From: an uncultured Verrucomicrobiae bacterium
GTDB lineage: Bacteria > Verrucomicrobiota > Verrucomicrobiia > Chthoniobacterales > JAFAMB01
Length of the DNA stretch: 64,000 nucleotides
Assembly: GCA_963837955.1 (NCBI GenBank)
Contig: CAWIPH010000002.1
Coordinates: forward strand, 4,864,001 to 4,928,000
Direction: 5' to 3'
The notes under the pieces are model-generated. The model saw only the letters and a list, made by a program, of their open reading frames with translations, was not told the origin of the DNA and did no database searches. Shown here piece by piece: positions 61,504 to 64,000 of the stretch. The translations under genes and the position numbers were made by a program. Each line of letters begins with the position of its first letter. Position 1 is the first letter of the stretch.

Positions 61504-64000
61504 GTGTCGCACGTGAAACGTAGCCTGCCGATCTTTGAACTGGAAGAGACCGTCATCAGTGCCCTGACTGAATGTCCTAGGCTCATCCTGCAAGCGCCGA
61601 CCGGTTCCGGCAAATCGACTCAAGTACCGCAGATCATTTTGGACAGCGGACTCGCCGCCTCCGACCAAATTGTGATTCTTCAGCCCAGGCGGTTGCCAAC
61701 CCGGATGCTAGCAGCCCGAGTAGCTTGGGAGCGGCATAGCGAGTTGGGCGAAGAAGTCGGTTATCAAATCAGACTCGATAATGTCAGTTCCAGAGCTACC
61801 CGAATTCGATTCGTTACCGAAGGGGTACTTCTTCGACAAATGGTGAGCGACCCTCAGCTCTCGGGGATTTCTGTTCTCGTATTCGACGAATTTCATGAGC
61901 GCCATCTCTATGGCGACATCGCACTTGCTCGCGCGATGGAGATTCAGATGCTGGAGCGGCCAGATCTAAAGATCATCGTCATGTCGGCCACCCTCGACAC
62001 CGGTTTACTCGCGGAATATCTCAAACCGTGCAGAACGCTCACTTCCGGGGGGAGAACGTTTCCGGTGACCATCGAACATCTGAAGCGCGAGATCGTTGAT
62101 GAACCGCCTTGGGAACTTGCGGTCGACGCATTGAACCAAGCCGAAAACGACGGAGGCGATGTGCTCATTTTCATGCCTGGGGCGTACGAAATCGCCCGCA
62201 CAATCGAAGAGATCAAACGAACCCGGTTCGACGGTATCGTGCTTCCCTTGCACGGCGATCTCTCGCCAACTTCTCAAGACGCGGCCGTTGCGACCTATGA
62301 TCAGCGGAAGGTCGTTGTCTCGACGAACGTCGCCGAAACATCGCTCACTATCGACGGCGTAACATTGGTCATCGATAGTGGTCTAGCCAAAATCGCCAAA
62401 TACGACCCGCATCGCGGCATAAACACGTTGATCACCGAAAAGATCAGTCACGCGTCGGCTGATCAGCGCGCAGGTCGGGCCGGTCGCACGGCTCCTGGCA
62501 AATGCGTTCGCCTTTGGTCCGAACGAGACCATCTAAACCGTCGGGCCCAGGACCTCCCCGAGGTCAAACGCCTCGATTTGGCCGAGGTCATCCTGAATCT
62601 GAAAGCAGCGGGAGTCGCGGATATCGACCAGTTCGGCTGGTTGGAAAAACCTGATCCAAAATCGCTGAGTCGCGCGATGGAGTTGCTCGAGGACCTTGGC
62701 GCACTGGAACGAAAATCGGAAAGCATCACCGCTCTAGGCCGGCGAATGCTTTCGTTCCCGGTCCATCCTCGCTACTCGCGCATGCTGCTTCTCGCGGACG
62801 AACTCCGGTGCGTACCTACGATCGCCTTAATCGCGGCTCTTACTCAGGAACGGCACCTTCTTCGGCGAAGCGACGGCAGCCAAATGGATCACGATCGCGA
62901 GCTATTGCTCGGCAGCGAAGCAGAATCGGACTTCTTTGTATTGATTCGTGCCTGGATTTACGCCAACGAGCAGGGGCCAGAGCGGTCTCGGCGCCTTGGT
63001 ATTCGCTACGCCGTATCTCAGCAGGTTGGCCGCCTCTTTCGCCAATTCTTGGACCTCGCAAAGAGCGAGGGTCTCAACGTCTCCGGACGGCCGGATGATT
63101 TTAATGCGGAAGCCTTAGGCAGATGCATGCTAGTCGGTTTTTCCGATCACCTTGGTCGACGCATCGATGCTGGAACTTTGCGTTGCGATTTGGTCCATCG
63201 CCGTCACGGTGTATTGGCTCGTGAAAGTGCCGTCCAAAAAAGCCCTTTACTCGTAGCCGCTGAGATCCGGGAGGTTCAAGGACGAAATGAGGATCTACTA
63301 GTGCTACTCTCCTTTGCTACGGCTATTCGCGAAGAGTGGCTGCAGGAAATGTTTCCAGCAGATTTTCAGTTCTCTGAAACACTTTTCTACGATCCGGCCG
63401 CTCGCCGGGTTGTCGCCCAGTCGAGTCAGCTTTTCCGAGACTTAATCTTACACAGCGCGAAAACGGACCCAAAACCGAGTGACGCGACTGCCGCTGTGCT
63501 CGCCGCCGAAGTGATCGGTGGTCGCTGTTCGTTGACCCAATGGGATCACGAAGTGGAACAATGGATTACGCGGCTCAACTGTCTGGGCGATTGGTATCCC
63601 GAACTTGGTCTCCCAAAGCTCGACGACGAAGCGAGAAAATATCTCGCCTCACAGATTTGCCAGGGAGCGCTCAGCTATCGCGAGATCAAAGATCGATCGG
63701 TTTGGCCAACCGTCAAAGCGTGGTTGTCTCCGGCGCAAATTCCGCTAGTCGATCGATTCGCACCGGCCCGACTCGAGTTGCCCGGTGGTCGCAAGGCCAA
63801 GCTCGTCTATTCGGAGCGACAGCCTCCGGTGTTAGCCGCGCGGATTCAGGATCTATACGGAGTCGAAGGATCGCTCAAGATTTGCGATCAACGCATCGCT
63901 GTTTCGATCCACGTACTCGCGCCCAACCATCGTCCCGTCCAGATCACGCAAGATCTCTCGGGGTTTTGGCGAGAGGCTTACCCGAAACTCAAGCAGGAAT
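61504..64000 (+). CDS. hrpB: ATP-dependent helicase HrpB (runs off the window; absent from the ORF track)
   Basis: Manual translation: LPIFELE, APTGSGKST, QPRR, DEFHER, MSAT, TNVAETSLTIDG, QRAGRAGR, QITQDL.GFW...YP; start GTG 61504 or 61513. Confidence 0.93.
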   Translation, partial: MSHVKRSLPIFELEETVISALTECPRLILQAPTGSGKSTQVPQIILDSGLAASDQIVILQPRRLPTRMLAARVAWERHSELGEEVGYQIRLDNVSSRATRIRFVTEGVLLRQMVSDPQLSGISVLVFDEFHERHLYGDIALARAMEIQMLERPDLKIIVMSATLDTGLLAEYLKPCRTLTSGGRTFPVTIEHLKREIVDEPPWELAVDALNQAENDGGDVLIFMPGAYEIARTIEEIKRTRFDGIVLPLHGDLSPTSQDAAVATYDQRKVVVSTNVAETSLTIDGVTLVIDSGLAKIAKYDPHRGINTLITEKISHASADQRAGRAGRTAPGKCVRLWSERDHLNRRAQDLPEVKRLDLAEVILNLKAAGVADIDQFGWLEKPDPKSLSRAMELLEDLGALERKSESITALGRRMLSFPVHPRYSRMLLLADELRCVPTIALIAALTQERHLLRRSDGSQMDHDRELLLGSEAESDFFVLIRAWIYANEQGPERSRRLGIRYAVSQQVGRLFRQFLDLAKSEGLNVSGRPDDFNAEALGRCMLVGFSDHLGRRIDAGTLRCDLVHRRHGVLARESAVQKSPLLVAAEIREVQGRNEDLLVLLSFATAIREEWLQEMFPADFQFSETLFYDPAARRVVAQSSQLFRDLILHSAKTDPKPSDATAAVLAAEVIGGRCSLTQWDHEVEQWITRLNCLGDWYPELGLPKLDDEARKYLASQICQGALSYREIKDRSVWPTVKAWLSPAQIPLVDRFAPARLELPGGRKAKLVYSERQPPVLAARIQDLYGVEGSLKICDQRIAVSIHVLAPNHRPVQITQDLSGFWREAYPKLKQE

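Overview
A mostly core-genome window from a Verrucomicrobiota-like bacterium. The assignment (probably Spartobacteria/Chthoniobacterales) is inferred from gene order and protein style, not from a database search. The centre (17.9-34.9 kb, minus strand) is the str-S10-spc-alpha ribosomal superoperon running from rpsL to rpsD; it lacks tuf, rpsN, rpmD, rpoA and rplQ. Around it lie an ECF sigma/anti-sigma/HtrA-like cluster, xseB-dxs, plsY, hldD, a ROK kinase, coaX, hemB, RNase P RNA, cysK, a two-bactofilin + DUF5069 cluster, gyrB-gyrA, TMEM175, bamA-skp, mqnC, ruvB, mlaEFD, an ABC exporter, a pseudouridine synthase and an hrpB helicase cut by the window end. I saw no CRISPR array, rRNA, tRNA, transposase or prophage. 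The most interesting unexplained signals are: (1) a ~320-nt intergenic element with ~104-nt imperfect inverted arms around a structured core (60501-60822); (2) a ~135-nt multi-helix minus-strand RNA candidate (49025-49160); (3) a bactofilin carrying four CxxC motifs in an operon with a plain bactofilin and a DUF5069 protein; (4) an HtrA homologue missing all three catalytic residues next to an ECF sigma; (5) a collapsed gpsA remnant after plsY; (6) SecY with an extra C-terminal hydrophobic helix; and (7) a terminator-like hairpin in the rpsL leader.
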